In this document: positions 28,426-41,156 of the stretch, piece by piece
How the letters are laid out: the number at the start of each line of letters is the position of its first letter
Numbering within the stretch: the stretch's first letter is position 1
Assembly: GCF_030028105.1 (NCBI RefSeq)
Contig: NC_092383.1
Coordinates: 50,428,961-50,492,960, forward strand
Direction of reading: 5' to 3'
Length of the DNA stretch: 64,000 nt
Source of the DNA: Mobula birostris
Lineage: Eukaryota
The notes under the pieces: generated by a model
Databases searched by the model: none
What the model was told of the DNA's origin: nothing
The model's input: the letters and a program-made list of their open reading frames with translations, nothing else
Made by a program: the position numbers and the translations under genes

Positions 28426-29542
28426 AACGCTCCTTTTTAAATCAAACTTGAGCCCCCCTCCCTCGCTCCGGATTCGATTGGACCGCTGGAAAAACGCAGA
28501 AATTGCGCGAAAGCTCATTTTTAAATCACACGCAGGGATCTGTGAGTCGTCTCTGATCCTTTTGGGCCGCCGGAAAGATGTTATTATGTTCTGACTGGGT
28601 GCCGTGAAAGTAAATTGCATCGTTCCTTTCGCTTTTTATTCCACTGACCTGCTTCTTGAAGCCTTTTTCTCAAATCTGTTATTTCTGAAAGTGAATGAAA
28701 ACATGTCTTTAGCTATCGGTACATTAAAAAATATTAAGTCCACAGAGAAATTACTTGCTTCTGGTGCTCTTGAGGAAATCAAACACGATGTTATATCATA
28801 GAAACACAAGTGCCCGATTGGCCGAGGAAGCAATCAAGCGAGGAGTTTTGTTTCCCCATTTCATGCAATCCAGCACTTTCGTCTTCTTCAACTGTTTGTA
28901 AGTTTCTTTCACGAAGAAATCGACATCGAAACTGCTTTCGTTACAATTTGGGGCAGATTGTTAAGATCAAAAGTTGTTGCATTTTTTTCCTTTATATCTG
29001 TCTATCTGTCTGTATGTCTGTATTTATTTCAGATGATGCAGGACCTGATTATTGTTTCCAGCTATAATGGCGCCGCATGCATGGCGATACTTGCGGGCTC
29101 CCCTCTCCAGCATATCCCCCGGACTGTGTGGTCTTTGATACATTTCATTGTATGTTGTGATGTGCATGCAACAAATAAATTGAATCTTATCTATCTTTCT
29201 AATCATTTTTCAGATCTGGAAGGACGTAGAAACGTCGATCATTTGAGAACTAATTAGACTACAGAGGTGATTACGTAAAGGAAAATAATCTCGTCCTAGC
29301 AGCCGCAGAAAATAACACTTACAACTGAAAGAAATGGGAAAACGTTACGAAAATGATCTCTTCAATTATTTGCCAGAGTGAGCTTCAGCAAATTACAATA
29401 GGTCTTATAAGGACATTTCAGACCGTCCTAGTGAGGAGTTTGGACGCAACACCAACAGACACTTGCTGCCTTCAGAGTGGAACTGCCTATTGAAGTACTG
29501 GCTCAATTCATAATCCTGGAGTTTGAAGATTGTAACTATTAC

Positions 29543-29569
29543 CTCCATCTTTTTCACGTAATTCTTCAT
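29543..29569 (-). CDS. 27-nt phase-1 micro-exon, DEELREKDG
   Basis: ttttttcttatgttgtag|ATGAAGAATTACGTGAAAAAGATGGAG|gtaata. Confidence 0.8.
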
Positions 29570-29921
29570 CTACAACATAAGAAAAAATAATGAAAACTTC
29601 ATATAGAACCGACAGTGCAGCTAATTAATTTTTATTAAATTACTGTAGTAATTCTTGCATTCTTTGCATATAGATAAAGCTTATTTTGTGGAACATAAAT
29701 TTTATTTAATATTTTTATCATACTTTACCAATAAAGTATGAATTATGAATTCGTTACCGTGCTAACGTTCCATGACATCACTACACGTTTAGGAACAAAA
29801 GTACGTGACGGGAAACAGATGTTGGATACATCAGTAACAGCCACATACTCAGTCTTTCTACTGTGCTTAGATCCATTCCAACACTGTCCAGGTTTATTTT
29901 TCACTCCATGAAAATTCTCAC

Positions 29922-29948
29922 CTTTGTCTCGACTGGTGACACTCATGT
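29922..29948 (-). pseudogene. Probable dead 27-nt micro-exon (DMSVTSRDK) lacking the acceptor AG
   Basis: cctcaatacgggg|ACATGAGTGTCACCAGTCGAGACAAAG|gtgaga; strong donor, GG in place of AG. Confidence 0.4.
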
Positions 29949-30687
29949 CCCCGTATTGAGGACGTGTTGACGAGGCACGGTGTCATTGACTCACACATCA
30001 CAGAAAAAAATCCTTGGTGTTGGGTATCCACGCCGACCACGTAGTACCTATTTACCACCATTTGAAACGTTGCCTTTATTTTGCTTTGTCCTTTGTCTAG
30101 ATACTTCAAATACGAAAATCTCTGTCTCCGCCAACCTCTCAATCAGCGCGTCGCAATTTCCACCTATTCTGTGGTAAAAGGATAGCTTTTTCAGATTCTT
30201 TTTAACTTATATCTATACTCCTTACACTATAAACGGAAGCCCTGCAGTTTGATATACAGCTGCTATAAGTAAAAGTTTTATACAAACTACACTATCGATG
30301 CTCTCATACTTTTACATGGGATCCAGGCTGGCACGTCCTTTCAGTTCGCCAGAGGTGAGCTGTGACAGTTCATACTGAATATCCATTTGCTTTCTACTAA
30401 TTTGTTCTTTGGAACCTCAATAGAATGGAAACATTTTGAACGGATCTTTCTGTATTAACAGAAGAGAAGCAGATATAAAGGATGTTGACTGTCGAAATTT
30501 GGCTTCCATTGGAAATTCGTTTCTTGAGGCCTGTGCATGAAACCTTCATGTATTTTCAATTGTATAAGATGAGTTGCGATTGATTTATTATTATCTCAAA
30601 GACAGTATTTAATAGAATAAATTCAGATAATGACTTGAACCACAGAGGTGCTGAAATTCGATTGTCAAGTGAGAAAAGATGATCATA

Positions 30688-31240
30688 CATTCCAGTGTAC
30701 ACTTTGTTAGTTATCACCTGTACAAAGTGAGTGTATGTTCTTCGTTTTCCACTGCAGTTACCTATCCACTTCATGGTTCGAGGTGTTCTGCGTTCACTGA
30801 TGCTATTCTGCACGTTGCTGTAGGGACAAGCTTTCTTTTCCAGTTACTGACGCCTTCCTGGCAGCTTGAATCTGTGTAGCCCTTTTCCTTCAAACTCCTT
30901 CATTAACAAGACGTTTCGCCATCACAATTGCAGCTCAACGGAGTTTTGAGAATGCTTTTCGCACCATTGTTTAGAGATTCTGGAGACTATTATGCGTGAA
31001 AAATCCAACAATTTCTGAGATATTCAGACGACCGCGTCTGGCACCAACAATCATTCCACGGTCGAGATTGCTTAGATCACGTTTCTTCCAAATTCTGCTG
31101 TATGGTGTGAACAACAAGTACGCTTCTTGACCATGTCTGCATGCTTTTATGCATTGTGTCGTTGCCACATGATTGGCTGGTTGGTTATTTTCATTAACGA
31201 GAGTGCGTACAGATGAACATAATAACGTGGCCACTGAGAC
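30688..31240 (-). mobile_element. Tc1-like deletion derivative
   Basis: Degenerate TIRs (cagtg..cacttt / gtggccactgag); transposase N-terminus KKRDLSNLDRGMIVGARR. Another fragment lies at about 42990-43155. Confidence 0.8.
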
Positions 31241-32031
31241 TAAACTCTCCTGAAGTTCAAGCGATTCGAAAATCGGGGAAAATCCGTGGCAACGATAAAA
31301 CATGCCGATGGGTTATAGCGTGAGCACTTTATTCAGCAATTCAGAAAGAAACACCTGCTCTGAAATATTTTTAGAACAAATTCCCAAGAATTAAAATAAT
31401 CTATTGAGAGAAAACAACCCATGTATGGAAAGACCAAGATAATCACGAAGTACTAAAGGGTGCAGTGGAACAATTTAATCTGAATTTAAGGAAAATATGA
31501 TCCAGACTTCATATTATCCTGAGGTCCCAGCGCGAAATCGTGGCCTATCGGGACGTTGGAATCTAAATACGCAGTTGTCGTAAAGATTTCTTGTATAGTA
31601 GTTTAGCATAAATTCGTTCATTTGCGGGTTGTGGGCTACCTTGACAACTGCGCCTTTAATGCCCGTGGGTAATGCGAGTGGTACAGTTCGAATTTTATCA
31701 CAGTCGACAGACTTTACATTAATTTGTAATGAAAATCATTAATCGGCAAATGGCACTTTGAACTTATTGCAATGTCCTAAAAAATAAAGCCGCCACCTTC
31801 ACCAGCCTTACTCTACCGTGCTTGTCTGTTGCTCCAGACTAACCCATAGACCCAAGATATTTTGAAGCTTCCAAATCAACTCCGCAGCACATTGCAGAGG
31901 CATGAGCGTGCGATTATATTTCCAGCTAGCCAAAAACATCTTGGACTAGCACATATGCAGGCAAGCATCCAGTAAAGGTTATTATGTTTGGAATGATTCA
32001 TTTTACAAACAGTTAATAAATTAAGGCTCAC

Positions 32032-32055
32032 CATCTATCCTGCACTTGGAAAATT
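32032..32055 (-). CDS. 24-nt phase-1 micro-exon, EFSKCRID
   Basis: atttactctgatatag|AATTTTCCAAGTGCAGGATAGATG|gtgagc; shares KCxxD with exon 5474-5500. Confidence 0.75.
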
Positions 32056-33419
32056 CTATATCAGAGTAAATTGGGAAGTAATAAGAGACAATATCATTGA
32101 TTAATAGTAAACTGATTTTAAAAATTGCAAATATAGCATGAACATAATTGTAATAACGCCTAAAATAAGTAATTAGTCCATAGTATCAATTATTCACAAT
32201 GCAGTATTCAACAGAGAATGCAGTCACTAAATGTAGCACTACAGGCATGTGTCATATTATGATAATTGTAAATATTAACATTAATTATCGTTTTAATTAT
32301 GCTTCAATATTTTCACAAATTTCAGACAACGTCCAATATCCATTTTTAATAATCACCGTCTATTTCATACAGTATTCAAAGGGTTTTTATCTCATTCGGG
32401 GGATGTGGGATTTGCGGGCAAAACCGGTATTTAATTGCTCATTTCCAATTGTCATTGACAAAGTGGGAGTGAAATGACCTGTTGAGGTTTGTGTACTGTT
32501 ATATCCATAGTGCTGTGAGAAACAGTTACTTATGAAGGAGCGGCGAGAGACTTCCGTCAAGATGGTATGTGTTCGGAGAGAAACCTCTAGGTGGCAGGTT
32601 TCCCAAGTTTATTTAAAAAAACTCACATACAGCGTAGTGTAGGTCGTTCCCGCACTTCGCGCCACGCCGCACAGAAATCTCCCAATTTAATTCCTGCCTT
32701 ATGACAGGACAATTTACAATGGCCAATTAGCCTACCAATCTTTGTATTGTGGGAGGTAATTGGTCCACACGGTCACGGGATGAAACTCGTTTCAGACAGC
32801 AGCGGGAATTGGACCAATATCACTGGTACTGTAAGCTTTGTGCTAACCGTGGGGCGGTAGGGTCGCGTAGGGCTCTTTTTCTCGTCGCCAGTAGAGTACG
32901 AGAGTTCCGATGGCGTTGTCTGAGGAAACCTGGAGAGTTGCTGCAGTTTATCCTGCAGAAGGCAGAAACTTTTTCAGTTATTAATGTAAGTGATTGAATG
33001 GTTTTTAATGTGGTCCTTGTCAGAAGAATGCCATGTGCTGTATGGTGTCCTGATTATCCAGCGTTGCTGAAGCTGCATCGATCCAGGCAAGAGGAGAATT
33101 GTCCATCACGCTCCTGACTGGAGCCTTGCAGGTGACGAGAAGGTGTTGGGGAGTTTTGAGCTGAATTGCTTGCTATATGCTTCTTAGCCTCTTATGCCAC
33201 ATTATGTATAGAGTGAAAGGTAATCCCGCGATATTGATAGCAGGGAGTTCAATGACAGTGACAGTGAATGGCGAGAAGCGAGGGAAGGTGTTTGGTGGGG
33301 GATTTCCTTTTGCTGGATATCGTCATAGCCTGACGCTTCCGTGTTACGATTGTTACTTCAGAGAAAGGTTTCATATCATTGGCATTAGTCGTGAAATGTG
33401 TTTCTTTGTGGCAGTAGTA

Positions 33420-34220
33420 CAATGGAGGCACCAATACGGCACCACTGATCGGGCCCAGGCGGAAGGTGCGGCGCTGACCGACCGTCGGGAGCGTCTGGAG
33501 AACTGGCGGCGGGGCCGGCCCGGGCAGGAAAGCCATGTTCGCCGGTCAGCGGTCGGTTCCCCGTGGACAAGGGCGTCAGTATCGGGGTTAGGGGATAGAG
33601 GGATCAGGAGGATTGTGACCGGGATGGGGGAATGTAATGGGGGGAGTAGGTCTGCACTGGGTGATCAGTTTTGTGGGAGAGGAGGTATCGTAGCTGGAGG
33701 AATTACCTGAGGGAGAGGAGTACTCGAGGTCAAGACCAGGCAGAGCGACCCGTAGTGTTCAGTCTTCGGATCCGGAGAAAGAGGGGAGGGGAACGTCGAC
33801 TCAGACCATGAGAGCCCTGCGTCGGGCATTTTCATGCCTTTCAAGGCGCAGATTGGAAGAGGGGAGAATCCAGTAACTATCAAGGGGTCGTCGACGGGGG
33901 CCAGTTAAGGGAGGTAGCCCTGCGAGCACTCGCGAGATGGGTTCGTCGGCCTGACCCGGTCTCAGGCGCCGGTTGGTGGAGTCGGCTTAGCGGCCCAGGC
34001 GGCCTAGACGGAGTGCGCGGTGCTGACCGGCCGACGGGAGGGTGTGGAGACTTCGCGGCGGGGTTATCCCGGACTCGGGGTCGGCTGGAGGGTGGTGCCG
34101 GAGCGCGGCGCCTGCGCGCCCTCGACAGTATGGTCGGTACGGCAGTTGAAAATTTCTGGACCAAATCTCAATGAGACTAGTATCATTTCAGGGGCTCTGG
34201 AGGAATAGCGCCTGCGGCAC
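33420..34220. other. GC/CpG-rich island abutting the RTE 5' end
   Basis: Visibly dense in CpG against an AT-rich background; no recognisable protein motif. Confidence 0.6.
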
Positions 34221-36224
34221 CATTAAAGCTATGGATAAAGAGTCTTACTGCCTTGTGAGTGCCTTGGGAAAGGCCACGGCTAAGGGAATAAACCCCCACA
34301 GAAAATCCGGAGTGAAGCCCTAAATCGGAGGATGGCTTAGAAGCTCAACACCCGGCAACTCCTGCAGCTGCGCTGGCACCAAATGTATTGCTTCTTCCTT
34401 TCCTTTGGACTCTGCCAGCAACGCCAAGGTGCGGGGGCGGGGGGTGGCGGTTGGCGTCAGGGCAGCCCAAGACCTCCATATCCCCTCACCCAGACCCGTG
34501 GCAATATGGAATGGACACTTCATCGATGTCGCAAGATATCGGCACAACACAGGAAGTGGCTGTTACCGGCTGTAAATTCATCCGATTGGCGTAGCAAACG
34601 AGAGGCAGGGGCCACTTCTGACGCTGGGAGAGATTATCGCATCTCACTGAACAGTTATCCCCCGCCTCAAATTGGGCAGCCCCACCCAGTGAGCTTGCAT
34701 GCCTCACTGGGTGCGTGGGACTCAGGAGTTCACCTTGACAAGCAAGCTGCGAGTCCGCACGAGGTAGATTTATTGTCAATATTAAACCGGTCCGCGGTTC
34801 AAAAACGGTTGAGGACCCCTGAGGTAGAAGGATTGAAACTAGGACGATGCCAGTTTCGCGCCTCGCAAGGAACATCCGGACCATGTGACCCGGACTGACT
34901 GATGATCTCCAACAAAATGACGATGCCTGGAAAACAGCAATCATGACAGGGGGTTCACTCGGCTGAACATCGACATTTCAGGAGACGTCTTTGGAGCGTA
35001 ACGTTTCCATCAGAGAGTTCACTTCCACCTTATTTTGGCATGAAGACCTAGGGCAGTGTGGGGCGGTACAGTGAAGCACTGTAGCATCGCCACCATGGAA
35101 CGACCAGCAAGCGGATTCTTGCTCTCCGCTTATCGTCGCTTTCCGGACCTGTGAGCCTCTTCAGTATCTATACCCTGCACTTTGTTCTTCACCAGAGGCC
35201 AAAGACCAGTTCTAAGAGGCTCTGGGTGAGGCAATATCCAGAATCCCAAGCACTGAAGGATTGTTCCTGCTGGGACACTTCAATACTAGAGCTGGAGCTG
35301 ACCACGAAGCATGGCCTTCTTGCCTCGGACATCATGGCGTCGGCAAGATGAACAAGAACGAGCAGAGACTGCTAGAGTTGGGACGCCATCATAGACTGTG
35401 CATCAGCAACACGTATTTTCAGTGTAAGGAATGGCACAAGGTCTCCTGGAGACATCCTTGGTATCACTGGCATCACCAGGCACAGGGACCTGAACAGTGT
35501 CCTCAGCACTCGCAGTTACCACAGTGCAGACTAACACAAACAGACCTTGTTGTCTGCAGAGTGGGGCTAACACCAAAGAGATTCTATCATTCCAAGATGA
35601 AGGGCCGATCTCGCATCAACACGTGCTGGACGGCGAACTCCGACAGAGTACAGCAGTTCACAGCCACCTTTGAAGTCACAATGAAGAACAGTTCTGGTGA
35701 CAGTACCTCTATTGACTCCAAGTGATCACAACTCCTTGATGCCCTCTACAGCTCAGCCATAACAGCATAAGGGAAAAAGGAACACAAGAACGCAGACGGG
35801 TATGAAGCGCGCTGGGAAGAAATGGAGCAAGTGACTGAGGCCAAGAGAAAAGCCCTGCTGGACTTCAAGCAAAACCCCTGCACCAGACACACGACGCTAC
35901 ACAGCTGCTAGAAACCAGGCGCAGCAAACTGCGCAATCTTGTGCAAACAACCACGGGCTGAATTTGTGCAGCAAATCCCAATCAGCTGCCAAAAGCGGGA
36001 ATGCAAGAGATATGTTTGACGGCATCAAGTCAGCATCAGGCCCTTCAGCCATCAATACAGCCCCACTGAAGTGGGAAAATGGGTAGTCATCACCGACCAG
36101 AGCAAGCAGTTTGAACATTGGGTAGAACATTACCTGGAGCTGTATGCAATCCAGAATATAATGACCGAGGCTGCCATGGAGGAACTCCCTGACTTGTCAG
36201 TTATGCAAGAGCTTGAAAGAACAC

Positions 36225-36362
36225 ACACGAGTCAGGACCCTGCTGAAGGGTCTCGGCCCGAAACGTCTACTGTACTCTTTTCCAGAGATGCTGCCTGGCC
36301 TGCTGGATTCCTCCAGCATTTTGGGTGTGTTTCCAGCACCTGCAGATTTTTCTCTTGTCTGT
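36225..36362 (+). mobile_element. Penelope terminal fragment inside the RTE
   Basis: ctgctgaagggtctcggcccgaaacgtc...ccagcacctgcaga; hammerhead core mutated. Confidence 0.75.
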
Positions 36363-36992
36363 AATGGAAGAGCCTAATGCGCTGCCATCTATGGAGGTGC
36401 TCATCAAAACCATCAACTGCCTTGCCAGTGCGAATGTCCTAAGGAAAGATGGAATTCCCCCTGAAGTCTTCAAGTGTAGGAAGCCTGCATCATCTACATG
36501 AGCTTCTCTGTCTTTGCTGAGAGATAGGCCACGACCCCCAAGACATGCGAGATGCCAACATTGTCACACTGTATAAGAACAAGGACAAGCATAGTGATTG
36601 TAACATCTTCCGTGGCATCTCTCTCCTTAGTATGGTGGGAAAAGTGTTCGCCCGTGTCGTCTGCGCACTACTTCAGAGTCTTGCATCCAGAGTCCCAGTG
36701 CGGGTTCGGAGCAGGCAGGTCTACAATGGACATGATCTTCTCACTGCGCCAGCAGCAAGCGAAGTGTCCAGAGCAGCAGAAGGCACTGTACACAGCCTTT
36801 ATTGATCCGACCAAGACGTTCGACACCGTCAGAAGAAATGGACTCTTCAGACTCCTGCTAAAGACTGTCTGGCCCCCAAGACTGCGCACCAGCATATCAA
36901 CCTTCCATAAGGACATGCACAGCACTGTCTGCTTCAATGGAACAACTTCTGATGCATTTCCAGTGAGCAGCGGAATGAAACAATGCTGTGTT

Positions 36993-37572
36993 CCATAAAG
37001 TTGTTATAGCCGGGGGTGGTAATAGGGATAAGATTGCACAACCTATTAAATGCTCCCAACAACTTGAGCCTCAAATAGCCTCTGACAACCAAGTGCAGCT
37101 CCTGGCCAGCACGTGTGGCTTAGCTGCTGAGGCCGTCGGAACCATCTCTATTGACAGGAGAAGGAGAAAAGGCGGGTTACTGTCACCTTACAACCAGTCA
37201 CATCGGGCCAATGGGGCTCGGTAGCCGTGATTGGCAGCTCATCTAGGAGAATGTCGAACCTGAACTCAAACCTCCGCTGCCTCACGGCTATACCCACTTA
37301 CGGGAAAGGCTTCGGGAGTAAACCCTGAGGGAAAAACCCAGAGCTGTAGTCCCGAAGGCAGTTTAATGTTGAATGTTGACTGGCAACTCCTGCAATGCTG
37401 CTGGTACCAAACTGTATCGGTCTCTGCCGTTCCTTAGTGTCCAGAAGCATGGAGAGGGGTAGCTTGCTAAATGGGCAACAGCTTGCTCTCTATGTCGTAC
37501 TGCGCAGCCTTCCGTGCCTAGACAGCTACGACACGACATCCATGGTCAACTCTGACCAATGGAGGCCCTTAC
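36993..37572 (+). mobile_element. Non-coding insertion, probably an RTE-related non-autonomous element
   Basis: Splits the RT motif GMKQCCV|LAPTLF; 37300-37420 resembles the RTE 5' region at 34265-34395. Confidence 0.6.
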
Positions 37573-40500
37573 CTAGCACCGACTCTCTTTGGAATCTCCT
37601 TCGCCAGGTTCCATTACTATGCTTTCGCAGACTTCACTGAAGGCATCTACCTTCGCCCAATAGCTGATTGCAAGTTATTCAATATCGCTCGCTTGCGCTC
37701 CAAGATCAAAGTTAGGACAGCCCTCATCGGTGGGATGCTGTTTGCAGATGACGCAGCATTGACGTAACACACTGAAAGCGGATTCCAACAACCGATTAAT
37801 CTCTTCGCTCATCCCTGCAGGAAGTTTGGGTTAACCACCAGTCTGAAGAAGACAAACTCCATGGCCCAGGGTGTAGAATCTCCCTCGGACGTCACCCACC
37901 ATTGATGGTTGCTCCCTTGATGTAGTCGACTTCTTCACCTATCTTGGGTCGATCATTCTCAGCTCCCCGTCCCTCGAAGCAGAGATGAACAGCACGATTG
38001 CCAAAGCTGCAGCTGTCATGGCCAGACTGAACCGGAGTGTGTGGGGCAAAGGATGCCGAGACTAAACTCCTCACACCTACACTCTCAGGCGCATCTTGCA
38101 CATATCCTAGCAGGGCAGAATCACCAACACAGAGGTTCTTCAGTGGGCCGACACCTTCAACATTCACGCACCCCTCAGCCACAGACGCCTCAGATGGTTG
38201 GGCCATGTCAAACAGATGGGCCGGGGTCGCATTCCTAAGGACGTGCTCTATGGCGAGTTGAGTGTGGGTCACTGCCCACGAGAAAGACCATGCCTCCGCT
38301 ACAGGGATGGCTGCAAGCATTATATGAAGTTGACAGGCATCGGCTGCAACACACGAGAGGAAACAGTCGAAGACCGGACAGATTGGAGGGCCGCAGTCAA
38401 AAGTGGTGTACAATGTGATGAGGTAGCAAGGACCAACCTGCCAAACAATAAGGGAGACAGAAGAAAAGCCAGAGCTGCACCTTTTCCCCCTCACCTGCAC
38501 CCACTGTGAAAGTGATTGTCACTCTAGAGTGCGGCTGCACAGCCACTATAGAACGTGCAAATAGCCCCAAGACTACAAGGAACAGTGAGGTAGTGTTCAT
38601 GGGGTCATTGTCCATTCAGAAATCCGATGGCGGGGATGGAAAGAAGAAGTTATTCCTGAAACGCTGAGTGTGTGTTTTCAGGATTTTTAACTCCTTCTTG
38701 ATGGTAGCAATGGAAAGGGGGCATGACCTGTCATCCAACCGTCATCTCAAGCAAGCCCTGCATGTTATGGAGGTATTCCATCATCTCCGTAGCTATTCCA
38801 TCATCTCAGTAACCCTGCTGAGCACTGTGCATTAACCAGCGAGCATCCTTACCTCTGATCTCATCATTGAAGAAAAGTCGTTGATGAAGCATTTAAAAAT
38901 GGTTGAGCCTGGGGCATTACCTCGAGGAACTCCAGCGGAGATGCCCCATGGCTGAGGTCATTGAACCAATTTGCATAGCCAGCTTCCTTTGTGCTAGGAC
39001 TAATGTGCCTTCACATATATCAGTCTTTACGTGTCAGTGTAACAATGCAGTTTCCCAGCTGATATTCTGTCCCATTTTAGTGGAAAGTGAGGCAAATTCA
39101 TGAATATTTTCTTGAGCGCAGCAGGGAATATTTACTGATGGGTATGTAGAATGAATTGCGAGTGGTCTCTCCAGATATACAACAACACAGGCTATAAAAA
39201 CCTTCTCCGTTAGCAGATTATTGCAATGCTGGACCCCGTGGTATTTTATCTTTTTGTTTTGCAAGCTCTTTGTTATAATTATTTTTCTTTAGATATCAAT
39301 ATCCACTAGCTTTGATGGGACTGCATTATATAACACCATAAGATATAGGAGCAGAAATAGGTCATTTTGCCCATCAAGTCTGATCCTCCATTTCAGCACG
39401 GCTGATTCAATTTTCCTCTCAGCCCCAATTTCCTGCGTAATACGACAAAGAACTGACAGGGAATGCCCAGTTACATTTATCGCTCTCATTTTTGATGAGA
39501 GTATCAGTCAGGGGTCAGATCATAGAATCAACGCATCAACATCCAAACAGTATGCTTGTTTATCATGTTCGCCTAGGTTCTTTATGGGACGAGGTCTCCA
39601 GTTTTACACTTACAGCTCGTCTTCCTACCCTTGCACACTTTTCCTCACCCCGTATTAATCGAGTTCCTCCTATGCCATCTAGGGCACCTGAAGAGAGCAC
39701 GTTCCAGATATGAACTAGATTCTGCATTAAAGCTTCTTTCTCATGTCACAATCCTTACTACATACACCGCCACAATCTTTAACGTCTTACATACTTCCAA
39801 CAGTTCGCCGATGGTCTTGTCTTCTCTAAAGAAAACAGCTTCTCTCTCTGTAATCTCTGTATACAATTGCTTAGAATTTCTTACGTCTTTCCTCGACTGT
39901 CTCTATTATCTCTATATCCTCCCTTTAGTAATTCGACAGGAAATGAACACAATATTCCAGTTAAAGCTAGATCAATGCTTTAGTTTCAGCATAATTTCAG
40001 CATGTTTGATACTCGGTGTTTCTATTGTTAACGCTCATAACTTTGTGCCTCAACAAGCAGTTTATTTCAATGTTCTGTATATCCATTCTGCACCTCTAAC
40101 ACGTTTGTTCGATGTTGCATCTAAATTCACTATCGCATTTTACATATTAAACTTCATATTCCACGTATTTGTCATTCAAATGGAGAGGCAAAGTATACAG
40201 AATGTGCCTTTCAGCACATTCACTGCCCTTAATAAACCACACATTTACAATAATCCCATCTTAATCCAATTTTTATCCAATCGGTCAATTTGCTCTCTGC
40301 TGCAATTCATCATTATTCTGATCACAGATTACAATAGTGTCAGTGCTATCAGCTATATTTCTCAATGGTGTTACACCCCTACACAAATCCAGGTCATTAA
40401 TCTGGAGTTACAAACAATCTCCCAACGCGAATGAAATAGTCACATTTTAACAAAACAAACATTCACGACTAGCCTGTGTTATCTGCAACTCAGCCAAATT

Positions 40501-41156
40501 GCTACCCAGCTCACCCATGCCCCGCTTATGTTGCTTGCATGAGATTTATTGATACACCTGTTATGCAGCACCTTCTGAAATGCCTTCTGGTACTTCAAGA
40601 ACACCACATTGTACCCATTGTCCTCATGAGCTATTTCAGTTACTTCATCAGAGATTCTGAGAAGTTGACTAAACTTGACTTCTCAATAAGTTGGGTTTGC
40701 ATTGCTTTAACATATTAGATTATGAGAACACTCATTCCTCTTTTATTGTTATTTAGAAATGCATACATGCATTAAGAAATGGTACAATGTTTCTCCGGCG
40801 TGATATCACAGAAAACAAGACAGACCAAAGACTAACACTGACAAAACCATATAATTGTACCATATAGATACAGCAGTGCAAAGCAATACCATAATTTGAT
40901 GAAGAACAGTCCATAGGCACATTAAAAAAAATAGTCTCAAAGTCGCCGAGCCGATCGACTCCCGAGTCCCCGATAGCGGCGGCAAAAGTGAGAAACTCCC
41001 TGCCATAAACCCCCAGGCACCGTCAACTTGCCGTTTCCCACAAGGAGGGTAATATATTTTCCACAAGTTTTCGACAATTAAAGTAAAACTGACTGAGCTA
41101 CAGAGGTTAAGTTTATCATTGCTCCAGATGTGAACACAGGAGGCATACTTACTTGA

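Larger units (their letters stand above)
34225..38510 (+). mobile_element. Decayed RTE-clade (BovB/RTE-1-like) LINE
   Basis: EN remnant LLGHFNTRAGAD..CISNTYFQ; RT remnants DANIVTLYKNK, RGISLLS, PESQCGF, LFADD (about 37740); C-terminal RIPKDVLYGEL. Confidence 0.9.

Noticed and set aside
30056-30096. 41-nt candidate (DKGQSKIKATFQMV)
   Set aside because: Asymmetric length and mediocre acceptor.
31810-31836. 27-nt segment before gtaagg
   Set aside because: Stop in phase 1, no pyrimidine tract, does not end in G.
39631-40434. 267-aa plus-strand ORF
   Set aside because: No ATG start or motif; it appears to be the antisense of a decayed CR1 RT (e.g. cacaatattccag near 39950).
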